A stretch of DNA of 64,000 nt from an uncultured Chitinophagaceae bacterium (GTDB lineage: Bacteria; Bacteroidota; Ignavibacteria; UBA10030; UBA8401). Both the position numbers and the translations under genes were made by a program. Of the stretch, positions 8,589-17,964 are shown piece after piece. The stretch is from contig CAYPEM010000025.1 of assembly GCA_964409765.1 (NCBI GenBank), positions 49 to 64,048 on the forward strand, given 5' to 3'. Position 1 is the first letter of the stretch. Every line of letters begins with the position of its first letter. Below the pieces are notes generated by a model. It made no database searches, was not told the origin of the DNA, and was given only the letters and a program-made list of their open reading frames with translations.

Positions 8589-10037
8589 TTAAAACTGATA
8601 CCCGAGATCCAACGAAATCGAATTGGTTTGAAATGTATTGTAATTGATATTGGATTCCCATGCATCCGCATATTCAGTCAGCATATACTCAAATGCTGCA
8701 TTAACAGAGATACCGTCATATGTAAAACCACAACCTACCGAATATACCCAACCTCGTACAGGATCATCAAATAATGCTGCGCCAGCAGCGATGAATGTTT
8801 GAACATGTTCTCTATAACCTGCGCGCAGTGCCAACCATTCAAAAGGTACATACTCAATTCCCGTTCGCAGCAATGCACTGTTTAACCAAGGGTTAATAGT
8901 AGTATCATTGGTTGAATATTTTGTTTCGCTGTATGAATTGACTACATAATCGATACCGATAGAAACTTTTGAACTTGGATGAAGCGCAATTCCAAAAGAG
9001 TACTGCAACGGGATAGATATTTTATCCTTCCCCTTTTGTGTGTACGTTGAAACTGAACTTCCCATGCTGTCTTTTTGCTGAATGGTGCTCCATTCTCGTG
9101 TGAGTTCTAGTGGAGTGACAATTACTGCACTCATGGTAAAGACCTCATTGTGAAAAGAACCCGCAATTGTTCCGTTCATTCCTGAATAATCTGATGTTCC
9201 AGTAATTGTACTATGGTTGTAAATGGAATCATTTCGCATAACATTAAAACCGCTGCTATTATTTGTTTTAAGAACGAAAATTCCACGATCCACTCTTCGC
9301 TCAATATCATCAGATGTTCCGTTGTATAATGTTCCCGACACCCCTATCGTGAGATTGTCCAAGATATCCACTGCACCGCCAATTGAATATCCATTGATAG
9401 AACCGGTCCGTTCGCGAATAAATTGATACCATTGTACTTTTACTGAATCACCCACTTTTGGTCTCACAACCGGAGATGGTCGATACGCCCCGATATTCGG
9501 ATCTAAAACATTATTGTTTTGAAAATACGTATCAAGAGAAATGGCTTCTCTAAATCCACCACTTACATTCCACTTGGTATTAAGGAAGTTAAATGGAACA
9601 CTGATTGCAACACTGGGAAGAGATGTTCTATTTTTATCCATATTCCAATTCGTCGGAATTTGATCATACGGTCGAGCTAATTTTTGCGGGATAGTATCGA
9701 CCACATTCCTAATAGTGCCTTCTATGACCAAACTCAATTCTGCATAGTACTCATCGGGATGCCATTCCTGCTCTTGTTTGTAGGAAGAAAAAATCAGTGA
9801 ACTTCCTAACTGAACATTCAATGATTTCACTTTTGTCAGTAAGGATGGATTGGAGAATAAAGAGTTAGCATCATCGCCTACACCTAACATACTTCCACCC
9901 ATTCCTCGAGACCTGGCACTTGAAAGTGAAAACTGATCTATACCCTGTATCGTTAATGGTGCGCCGGCATTTTGGGCAAACAGAAAACTCATTTGCACTA
10001 AACAACTTATTGTAAGGATCTGTCGAAATAATCTCAT
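8589..10037 (-). CDS. Outer-membrane beta-barrel protein, PorV/PorP-like (paralogue B)
   Basis: 482 aa with a signal peptide. The N-terminal motif is SARSRGMGGSMLGVGDDANSLFSNPSLL. The sequence shows an alternating hydrophobic pattern and ends ...LDLGYQF (terminal aromatic). Its start overlaps the upstream stop by 4 nt (ATGA). Confidence 0.6.
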   Translation of the reverse strand: MRLFRQILTISCLVQMSFLFAQNAGAPLTIQGIDQFSLSSARSRGMGGSMLGVGDDANSLFSNPSLLTKVKSLNVQLGSSLIFSSYKQEQEWHPDEYYAELSLVIEGTIRNVVDTIPQKLARPYDQIPTNWNMDKNRTSLPSVAISVPFNFLNTKWNVSGGFREAISLDTYFQNNNVLDPNIGAYRPSPVVRPKVGDSVKVQWYQFIRERTGSINGYSIGGAVDILDNLTIGVSGTLYNGTSDDIERRVDRGIFVLKTNNSSGFNVMRNDSIYNHSTITGTSDYSGMNGTIAGSFHNEVFTMSAVIVTPLELTREWSTIQQKDSMGSSVSTYTQKGKDKISIPLQYSFGIALHPSSKVSIGIDYVVNSYSETKYSTNDTTINPWLNSALLRTGIEYVPFEWLALRAGYREHVQTFIAAGAALFDDPVRGWVYSVGCGFTYDGISVNAAFEYMLTEYADAWESNINYNTFQTNSISLDLGYQF

Positions 10038-11074
10038 TTGAATTGTACTCCTAAACTGATGCGGTGAACATTCCCTAAATATTCTCCCATACTTCCAAAG
10101 CTATAATCAACTCCTAGAAGCATCCCCGGAACATCGGTTTTTATTCCGCCGCCGAACGTTAAACCTTCATTGTCATAATTATATTTATAGCCTGCGCGAA
10201 GTTTGAATAATTCCATAAACCCATATTCCGCTCCGAAATGCATTTGCTGATCGTAATCGTTTGGTTGAAGAATATCATACGACATCGTCAATGTATTCTT
10301 GTCGTCGGACAGCAGCAATGCATCGCTTCCCAAAAGATTCCCGGAAATACCAAGTCGGAATAGCAGCGGGGCAGGATAATCTTCTACGGCAAATTTTACT
10401 TGCGAACCGAAGTTCTGTACTGCAGCTCCAATTTGTAATGATTTGTATCCGGTTTTATATTTCATGCCAAAATCGAATAAAAAAACTTTTGCTGTAGCAT
10501 TGTATTGTTCTTGAACAGCATTTGCTTTGTTCTCCAGAGGTGCTTCAACAGTTCCGCCATCCCATAATGTTTCTGACGCATATTTTATTGTAATACCGGT
10601 TGAGAAATGATCGGTAAGCTGTTGTGCATATGAAATACCTACCAAGAGTGAAAGTGGTGTAAAAGTGTTTCCGGTGAAACCGGGATTAAAATTTCCCGAA
10701 GGATCAAATCGTTGAGAACTGGCTTTTGTTTCCTCGATACTTCCGATGTCAGTCATCTGAAATTGTGCTCCGAGAAATCCGTAATCACCTAAATTGATTC
10801 CATATGCAATAGCGTCCTGTTTGGTATCAAAGATCCATAACGTGTAGGTTGCTGTCACTTCTTGATTTTGTATGGTCGTTAAACCGGCAGGATTCCAAAA
10901 TACTGCATCTACACCGTCAATGAATGCTGATGATGCGTCGCCCATAGCCGTGATTCGTGCACTCGGCATCACTTTTAAAAATTGCATTGAAGTTGTCCCC
11001 ACTTTTTTTTGTGCAGACAGAATCAGCGAAAGAAGGATCGTTGAAAGAATTAAAAATATTGTTCTATTTCTCAT
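10034..11074 (-). CDS. PorV/PorQ-family-like outer-membrane beta-barrel (paralogue A)
   Basis: I trimmed the start to ATG 11074 (MRNRTIFLILSTILLSLILSAQ, a signal peptide; SD AAGGG). The tracked longer ORF would overlap the upstream gene. Motif MQFLKVMPSARITAMGDASSAFIDGVDAVFWNPAGL. The protein ends ISLGVQFK. Confidence 0.65.
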   Translation of the reverse strand: MRNRTIFLILSTILLSLILSAQKKVGTTSMQFLKVMPSARITAMGDASSAFIDGVDAVFWNPAGLTTIQNQEVTATYTLWIFDTKQDAIAYGINLGDYGFLGAQFQMTDIGSIEETKASSQRFDPSGNFNPGFTGNTFTPLSLLVGISYAQQLTDHFSTGITIKYASETLWDGGTVEAPLENKANAVQEQYNATAKVFLFDFGMKYKTGYKSLQIGAAVQNFGSQVKFAVEDYPAPLLFRLGISGNLLGSDALLLSDDKNTLTMSYDILQPNDYDQQMHFGAEYGFMELFKLRAGYKYNYDNEGLTFGGGIKTDVPGMLLGVDYSFGSMGEYLGNVHRISLGVQFK

Positions 11075-11084
11075 AATATTTCCC

Positions 11085-13283
11085 TTATCGTATGACCACA
11101 AATTTTCCGCTGGTCGTTTTACCGTCAGGAGCACTGACAACAAAGAAATAAAGTCCTGGAGCGATTTTTTGATTATTGCGAGTAACTTGATACCAGTCAT
11201 GAGAATTACTGTCTTCATTGTGTTCAAGTGTTTCGATCAACTGACCGGAATATGAATAAATCCTGATCGTGCAGACCGTCGGTAATTGGAAGAATGTTAT
11301 CTTGGAATTGGCATCCGCTAATGCCGATACTCCCATAAATCCCGACCGGATGATGAAAGGATTTGGAACAACGACCACTTTGCTCAGTGATTTTTCTGCT
11401 CCAAGATATGTTTTCACCGGTTTAGAATTGGATTTAGAATTTCGTTCTCCGTTCTGATGTACGGTAACAACAGAATAATAAAATGATTCGCTGACCTTCG
11501 TCGTACTATCGATAACGGTATATCGTCCATTATCAAAAAACCGAGTATCATTTATTCCAATACTATCTAATCGAGTCCATGGACCATTGGCATCGCCTGA
11601 ACGATATACTTCATAGTATCGAAGAGGGGATGACAATCGATTCGAGGTATAGGACTCAACACTATTTATCCATGAAATAACATTTTGTGCTTTGCTGTTA
11701 CTTCGTATTTCAAGAATTGGGTTGGGAACCAATAATGGAAATTTATACACTCCTTTGTCCGGTGAACGTTCCGGCCAAAAAGCGATTGAATCATGATCTA
11801 GATACGGCACTCCAGAATATGCTTCAATAGCACGATCTGCAACTTCTCGAACCGTTACGGTATTTGAATTGATATATTGTGGAAGAGAATAGGAAGAAAG
11901 ATATTTGCTTCCATAGACAATTCCATTGATGGAAATTGTATCAGACCAATTTGGAACCGGATTAAATGCAGCTAAACTGGCATCCTCACCGCAATTTTGA
12001 CCGCAGCTTCCTCCTTCATCTTTCAACCCTGCATCAGTTTCGGATTTTCTTGCCGCACCATATCCGGCTACTTCCGCAATTGCAAATCGAACTTTTTCTC
12101 CGAATTTTATATTGTAAGGTCCAAATGCCAATATTCTGCCGACACCAAAATACATGCTCTGGCGTACGTTAAAACTTCCCCGACCAATCCAATCAGTACC
12201 AAAAATTGCTGTATTACTATACGGGTTATTTTTTCTAGCCTGACCAATATCGATGTATGGTTGTATCTTTGATATTCTCAAGTTCGAAGTTTCTAATCGG
12301 TTCAGAAAAGGTTGTTTCACATGAAGATTCGCGTCCCAAATGTTTATTGTATCAGACGATCGAACTTGGATCTGTGTCTCACCTTTTTTTGCAAGATGAG
12401 TGGTATCATAATATAGAGGTAAAAATCCAACTGCTTGCGGTGATAATAATCCCCCCCCATTCACCTGATTATTTGCCCAATCAGTAAAAAATTTAATGTC
12501 AGGTTTTCCGGTACGATCGATGGCATAATTCAACCAGCGATTCCGGTCAAAGCGTGCGCGCAGATCATGATTTTCAAAATCAGTATAGTTCCAACGATTA
12601 TAATTTCTTTCATAGCCAAACATCGATGGAGTCAGTCCATAAGCAAATGCGATCAACACATCTTTTAGATCTACATTCGATTCTATCGTAGTGGGATTAC
12701 CATCACGGTTTCCGGTATTTTCAATTTCATATTCATAAATGATAAAATCATCATAGTCCGGTTGACTCCATGCGCGGCTTATTCTTGTAACCGTTAATCC
12801 TGTTGGCGTTGCCCATTGTGAAGTAATAATTTCTTCAGCTTCATCAGGATTATACGTAGGATTTAACTGACCATTTGTCAGAACAGGATAATTTTCAACT
12901 CGTTCAAGTTTTAAGGGAAAGCTATATGTTCCAACGACGACTTCGGAAATATTGGAACCCGCACCGCCGCAAAACGCAAACCGTCTCGCTATAGTATCCG
13001 GAGAAGTTGCGCCTATATGAATACCGCCGCCAAATGAATGGTATTGACCGTTATATGCTACACCCTCAACGATTGTACCTGAATTCCCCGGCCATTCAAA
13101 CGATGGTATTCCTTTTACACTTCCCGTATTTGCCTGATCATAGGCTCTACCAAGTTCACCGGTATTAAAAACTGTTTGATGCAATGTCCCTCGTTTATGT
13201 ACAACATAATCACGGGCTTGCGAAAAAATATTTTGCATCAAAACTAATAATAGAAGTGTAACGGTTATTTTTATTCTATACAT
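11085..13283 (-). CDS. Secreted protein of unknown function with a T9SS type-A-like C-terminal sorting domain
   Basis: 732 aa with signal peptide MYRIKITVTLLLLVLMQNIFSQ. The C-terminus VVVPNPFIIRSGF...IRIYSYSGQLIETL...APGLYFFVVSAPDGKTTSGKFVVIR resembles T9SS CTDs. I recognise no catalytic family. Confidence 0.7.
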   Translation of the reverse strand: MYRIKITVTLLLLVLMQNIFSQARDYVVHKRGTLHQTVFNTGELGRAYDQANTGSVKGIPSFEWPGNSGTIVEGVAYNGQYHSFGGGIHIGATSPDTIARRFAFCGGAGSNISEVVVGTYSFPLKLERVENYPVLTNGQLNPTYNPDEAEEIITSQWATPTGLTVTRISRAWSQPDYDDFIIYEYEIENTGNRDGNPTTIESNVDLKDVLIAFAYGLTPSMFGYERNYNRWNYTDFENHDLRARFDRNRWLNYAIDRTGKPDIKFFTDWANNQVNGGGLLSPQAVGFLPLYYDTTHLAKKGETQIQVRSSDTINIWDANLHVKQPFLNRLETSNLRISKIQPYIDIGQARKNNPYSNTAIFGTDWIGRGSFNVRQSMYFGVGRILAFGPYNIKFGEKVRFAIAEVAGYGAARKSETDAGLKDEGGSCGQNCGEDASLAAFNPVPNWSDTISINGIVYGSKYLSSYSLPQYINSNTVTVREVADRAIEAYSGVPYLDHDSIAFWPERSPDKGVYKFPLLVPNPILEIRSNSKAQNVISWINSVESYTSNRLSSPLRYYEVYRSGDANGPWTRLDSIGINDTRFFDNGRYTVIDSTTKVSESFYYSVVTVHQNGERNSKSNSKPVKTYLGAEKSLSKVVVVPNPFIIRSGFMGVSALADANSKITFFQLPTVCTIRIYSYSGQLIETLEHNEDSNSHDWYQVTRNNQKIAPGLYFFVVSAPDGKTTSGKFVVIR

Positions 13284-13295
13284 AAGAATAATTCC

Positions 13296-16121
13296 TTAAA
13301 AATTAACGGTCATACCGACATAAAATTCAATGGGACGATTTGAATAGAGCAAAAAAGTCTGATCAACAAGAAATGGAGCATAGCCAGTGAAGTATTTAAG
13401 TCCGCTTGGATCGGCATCATAGATTGAAGCATTGTTATTTGCAATTGACGGTGAGGATCCTGTTGTGGATGCACTTTGAAAGACAGTATTGTATGAATAG
13501 ATCCGTTGATCGAAGACGTTGAACACTTCAATATAGAATGTCGTACTTGAACCAAATAGCTTGGAAACTTTCTTGCTGATCTTCAAATCAGTATTGTATT
13601 CAGATGGGGTCCTATGTTGATTAACAAGTCCATAATCTAAATTTGATGTATAAGGTCTGCCGCTCCGAGCGAATGATTTCAAAGAGAAACTGAATTGTTG
13701 CAATGGATACATATCAAGGATACTAAAACCCCATTCTTCAGGAGTTACTACTGCTAAAGTAAGGACTAAGTTATGAGTCCTGTCAAAATCGAGAGTGACA
13801 TCTTTTGCGTTTGGCAATTCAACTGCAGGACTGTTCAGATCAGGTTGCAGTATAAAGCGGGGAACAGTGTTGAATGGTGTACTATTGCTACCTGTCGCAA
13901 TACTGTACGAGTACGATGCTTTACCGGTAAACGCACCTCGTCGATTTGCTAAAGTAACATGAAAGCCTCGAATATCTGCGTAATCACGATTCATAAATGT
14001 TCTGTATCCGGCATCGGCGGGTTTTACTGTGAAGATTGCCTGTTGAATTAAATTCTTCACATCTTTATAAAAACCGCTCACATCAAGTGTGAAACCATCT
14101 CCAAGTCCTTGCGCAAGTCCTACATCATAACTTTGCGTATACTCCGGTTTGAGATTTGGATTTCCCAATTGAAGAACCCTGGAATCACTCGGGCGAACTT
14201 GGGAAAAAAGAACTCGGTTGAACGAAGGACGCTGGACAAACGTACCATAATTCAAATGGAAAACAGTGGCAATTGAAACAGGAAATGAAATTCCGATGCG
14301 AGGCTGTAAACGCCCGATCGTTACTGTTTTTAATTTCGGTGAATTCGAATTTGTTGATGCTACCGGTAAATAATAGTCTGGGTAATATTCATCGTTTGGA
14401 TTAAAAAGGTCGAAACGAAGTCCGACTTTTGCTATCATCCCTTCAAATTCCATCTTGTCTTGTACAAACAAACCAAGTTCAAAAGGTTTTGCAGCATACA
14501 CTTCGTTTTGCTGGGATCCGGCACTGGAGAGACTCGTTCGATTATTGACATCGATATTATAGATGTTATACTGTATTCCTCCCAACAATTGGTGTGATTG
14601 ATTTATCTGACTTGTTATAGAACCATCAAATGTGATTGTTCCTGTTTTCTCCGAACGAAAATCATTGTCCATTTGACCGGTGCTGAACTTATCTTGAATA
14701 TTATAGTATGGCCACACTGCAACATTCTGGTCATCGGTGATATATCTATTTGGATCGGCAACGCGAACACCATCGATATAGTGTGTCGTCACTTGATTGA
14801 TTTTGATTTCATAAAAAGTTGAATTTGAAAACGCATGGGCAAACCGCACACCAAGTTGAAGATCATCTTCATTTGAAATAGCTAAACCGATGACACGATC
14901 CCACAACCATCGTTGAAACGATGTGTAGCTGAAACTGTTTAATCCCGGGACTAAATGTTCTTTTCGATTTGTATAAGCTCCGCTAAAGCGCATTGTCATA
15001 CCATCGCCAAAATCATAAACAATGTTTCCCATCAGTTGACGTTTAATATCCGGTTCAGCAGTTGGAATGATCAACCATTTGTTCTCGACAAACGATGCCA
15101 AAAACAAACGAATATCTTTGGTTAATGGTCCTCCGATATTAAAATCAACTGAGTAATCAATGAGGTTATCATATGGTTTATTGAGATCACGACGTGCTTG
15201 TTTCCATAATTGGTATGCAATCTGAGATGCCTGAGCTGAATCTTTATTGTATCGTGAACTAAACGATCCGCCGAGTCCACTCCAATAAACACTTCCTGAT
15301 GTTCCTGAGGCAGATAGATCGGCACCATTCCAACCCTCAGCGGAGTTCAATATTTGTAAATACGGATTAGCTCGTTCATCAAAAACGCTGGGGCCAAAAT
15401 GTTTGTAACCCGGCATGCGAGTTCTTAATTCGGCCCTTCCCTGCCATCGATCTGCTCGTCCTTCTTTCATCGAAATATTGACGACACCTGATTGAGCATT
15501 TCCATATTGAGCGCCAAATCCGCTTGTTGTAACTTCAACTTCTTCAACAGCACTCATAATTGGAGCAAATGCAGCACCGCTGGTCAAAGGATTTACGATT
15601 CCCATTCCCGCCAGTGTGTACAATTCTTCACCATCTCGACCGCCTCGAAAATGTCCGTCCACCACTTCCGAAGAAAGAGCAAGAACGTTCGACAGATCAA
15701 TTACACCCGGAGAAATTAAAACATCTTCTGCACGAATTATTTCACTCGTTGAAGTCTTCTCTCTCTCGACATCCGGCCGATCCGCACTAATAATGACCTC
15801 TTTGTCCAATGCAACAATTGTTTCTTCCAATAAAAAATCCAGATCTGTTGTTCTATTCTGGTTGACAATCACACCTTGTTTCGTAACCGTTCCATAGCCA
15901 AGAAGAGAAGCAGTCACATCACAAATTTTGGGGTCAATATTGAGAATGAAGTAGTTTCCTTCTATATCGGTAATCGTACCTTGCTTTGTCCCTTTGATAA
16001 AAACATTAACTCCTGGAATCCCTTCTTTGTTTTTTTTATCTAAAATTTTACCGGCGATTTTTCCTGTCTGGGAAAAACTGAACGATGCTAGGACCAATAA
16101 CATTAGAATTATTTTTTTCAT
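13296..16121 (-). CDS. TonB-dependent receptor with an N-terminal carboxypeptidase-regulatory-like domain
   Basis: 941 aa with a signal peptide. GKIAGKILDKKNKEGIPGVNVFIKGTKQGTITDIEGNYF matches the CarbopepD_reg-like domain. A plug region follows, and the barrel ends in a terminal aromatic residue (...VGMTVNF). Confidence 0.9.
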   Translation of the reverse strand: MKKIILMLLVLASFSFSQTGKIAGKILDKKNKEGIPGVNVFIKGTKQGTITDIEGNYFILNIDPKICDVTASLLGYGTVTKQGVIVNQNRTTDLDFLLEETIVALDKEVIISADRPDVEREKTSTSEIIRAEDVLISPGVIDLSNVLALSSEVVDGHFRGGRDGEELYTLAGMGIVNPLTSGAAFAPIMSAVEEVEVTTSGFGAQYGNAQSGVVNISMKEGRADRWQGRAELRTRMPGYKHFGPSVFDERANPYLQILNSAEGWNGADLSASGTSGSVYWSGLGGSFSSRYNKDSAQASQIAYQLWKQARRDLNKPYDNLIDYSVDFNIGGPLTKDIRLFLASFVENKWLIIPTAEPDIKRQLMGNIVYDFGDGMTMRFSGAYTNRKEHLVPGLNSFSYTSFQRWLWDRVIGLAISNEDDLQLGVRFAHAFSNSTFYEIKINQVTTHYIDGVRVADPNRYITDDQNVAVWPYYNIQDKFSTGQMDNDFRSEKTGTITFDGSITSQINQSHQLLGGIQYNIYNIDVNNRTSLSSAGSQQNEVYAAKPFELGLFVQDKMEFEGMIAKVGLRFDLFNPNDEYYPDYYLPVASTNSNSPKLKTVTIGRLQPRIGISFPVSIATVFHLNYGTFVQRPSFNRVLFSQVRPSDSRVLQLGNPNLKPEYTQSYDVGLAQGLGDGFTLDVSGFYKDVKNLIQQAIFTVKPADAGYRTFMNRDYADIRGFHVTLANRRGAFTGKASYSYSIATGSNSTPFNTVPRFILQPDLNSPAVELPNAKDVTLDFDRTHNLVLTLAVVTPEEWGFSILDMYPLQQFSFSLKSFARSGRPYTSNLDYGLVNQHRTPSEYNTDLKISKKVSKLFGSSTTFYIEVFNVFDQRIYSYNTVFQSASTTGSSPSIANNNASIYDADPSGLKYFTGYAPFLVDQTFLLYSNRPIEFYVGMTVNF

Positions 16122-16405
16122 ACTGATAAATCCTTTTGAATATTCCGACTAATCAAAAACGGGTGAAGACACTGAGAAGATTTAGAGTGAGGCTGATGAA
16201 GAGTTGAATACTGTATCGTTGATTGTGAATGAATCATAGAGTCACTGTATTTACATGTTTGCTGTTGATTCATACCACCATACCCAAATTAACTGATGGT
16301 ATATAAACAGTGCATATTCTTAATAATATGTCTCGTGGGTTTAGCTTCATAAAAATTGATTACTCTACATCACATATCATACATGTTCAGAAAGGACAAA
16401 TTTTT

Positions 16406-17176
16406 TTATTTTTTTTCCAGTTTGATAATATTGTCAGATGATTGGAGAAGTCCTTTTGCAATCATCATGTTTCTAATATGCTCTTCTGCAATTTCAAGGT
16501 GCCGTTTCATCGCCTGGTGTGCCCCTTCCGGATCTCTACGTAGAATCTCTTCCAATATCTTTCCATGCCATTCAATCGCAGATTCTTTTGCATTCGGATT
16601 TGTTTCATACACATCCTTTTTAATATCCGGCATCATTCGATGTATCGGCTCTAGAATCAACGGCATTAAATGATTACTCGAGGCATTTGCAATGTGCAAA
16701 TGAAAACTGATATCTAATTTTGCAAGGCCTACATAATCTCCATCGAAAGAATTAAGTTCATCAATATCACCCTGCATTAATTTTTCATCTTCGGCAGTAT
16801 GATGAGCTGCTGCATATGCTGCAATTGCCGGTTCTATAATTTGTCGAGCATGAATAAGATCAAGTGCAGTACCGCGTTCAGTCTTATATTGAAGATATCG
16901 ATGCATAGGGTCGGTAACACTATCAACTGAAAAACCTTTGACAAATATCCCTTTTCCTTTAACAATTGTTATAAGGTCCCGCGCACTAAGCATTCTTAAT
17001 GCTTCACGTAATGCAGTTCTGCTTACACCAAATTGATCGCACAATTCACTTTCAGAGGGTAATCTATTCCCTTTTACGATCTTCTTTAGTCTGATTGCTT
17101 CTTCAATGCTAGCAGCTACTGTTTTACTTAGTAACTCTCTATTTTCGACTGGGGTAAAAATGATAGTATTCCTCAA
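16406..17176 (-). CDS. GntR/FadR-family transcriptional regulator (winged HTH plus FCD domain)
   Basis: 256 aa with a TTG start. HTH block LPSESELCDQFGVSRTALREALRML, with a helical FCD-like C-terminal half. It sits directly upstream of the uronate operon. Confidence 0.85.
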   Translation of the reverse strand: MRNTIIFTPVENRELLSKTVAASIEEAIRLKKIVKGNRLPSESELCDQFGVSRTALREALRMLSARDLITIVKGKGIFVKGFSVDSVTDPMHRYLQYKTERGTALDLIHARQIIEPAIAAYAAAHHTAEDEKLMQGDIDELNSFDGDYVGLAKLDISFHLHIANASSNHLMPLILEPIHRMMPDIKKDVYETNPNAKESAIEWHGKILEEILRRDPEGAHQAMKRHLEIAEEHIRNMMIAKGLLQSSDNIIKLEKK

Positions 17177-17211
17177 TGATTTTAATAGTCACATATAACA
17201 TGTCATACAAG

Positions 17212-17233
17212 TTGGACAATGATAACTGTCCAA
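17212..17233. promoter_or_regulatory. Perfect 7-bp inverted repeat TTGGACA-N8-TGTCCAA (candidate operator) upstream of the GntR gene
   Basis: Read directly from the sequence. It lies 36-57 nt upstream of the TTG start at 17176. Its function is inferred only. Confidence 0.3.
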
Positions 17234-17503
17234 AAGTTAGAAGTCAAGTAGAAATTTCAAGCAGTTTAGATACTCAAAATTAAAAAAATCAATGTAATAG
17301 CAATTAGTTATCGCTAAAGTAAAGGAAAAACTAAAATTACTCATAAAATACTTATGCCAATCAGTAAATTTCTTAAATTTATTATGTTCACAAATTTTAC
17401 AACCTACTTAAAGGTTAAAATTGCATATTTTGAGGTTGAATCGAAGTTACAGAATTGATTAAATGGCAATTATTATTAAATGTTGATTATAGGGACCAAA
17501 TGA

Positions 17504-17824
17504 TTATTTCTTCAACTCTTTTTCAATCTTCTTCTTCACATCCTGAATCGCTTTACTCTCTTCTGCTTTCTTCTGAATTTCTCTTGTCGCCTCCTTTACC
17601 TCTTTTGCTGCATTTGTACCTGTTTGAACTGTTTTATCAATTGTTTGCTGAAGATTACTGCCTGAATACAGTACATAAGCAAGAAATGCGATAAGAACGA
17701 GCATAACCAAAATGATCAGTTTGACCACTTTTTTGATAAGAGAGAATATAAGTATTGCGACAATGATTACTGTAATAGCAGTATAGAGTGAATTAGACAA
17801 GATGTGGTCAAGTAATTGTTCCAT
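17504..17824 (-). CDS. Small membrane protein (two predicted TM helices plus a Lys/Glu-rich C-terminal helix), function unknown
   Basis: 106 aa. Hydrophobic stretches AITVIIVAILIFSLI and LIILVMLVLIAFLAYVLY are followed by a charged tail, KEVKEATREIQKKAEESKAIQDVKKKIEKELKK. Confidence 0.5.
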   Translation of the reverse strand: MEQLLDHILSNSLYTAITVIIVAILIFSLIKKVVKLIILVMLVLIAFLAYVLYSGSNLQQTIDKTVQTGTNAAKEVKEATREIQKKAEESKAIQDVKKKIEKELKK

Positions 17825-17964
17825 GTTCGAAACCCTTCTATTTAAATTTCAATTGAATAGAGAATAACAAAATCTAATAATACAAACTATAAGATATTCA
17901 TTTAAGTTAATACAATTCTCGGTCTGTCCATATTAATGTATAGTACTCTGAATTATACTGAATA

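Noticed and set aside
10034-11227. Longest-ORF N-terminal extensions in the track: 10034-11227, 38406-39455, 31104-32393, 4346-4738, 32522-33751 and 57427-57936.
   Set aside because: The extensions overlap the preceding gene or lack a Shine-Dalgarno site. Internal ATGs give proper signal peptides, stop/start coupling or SD spacing. I shortened the starts to 11074, 39323, 32309, 4693, 33739 and 57466.
16272-16302. ATACCA-N19-TGGTAT inverted repeat in the TBDR promoter region, considered as the GntR operator.
   Set aside because: The arms are only 6 bp and the spacer is long. It is unrelated to the better palindrome upstream of the regulator gene. It could easily arise by chance in 284 bp of AT-rich DNA.
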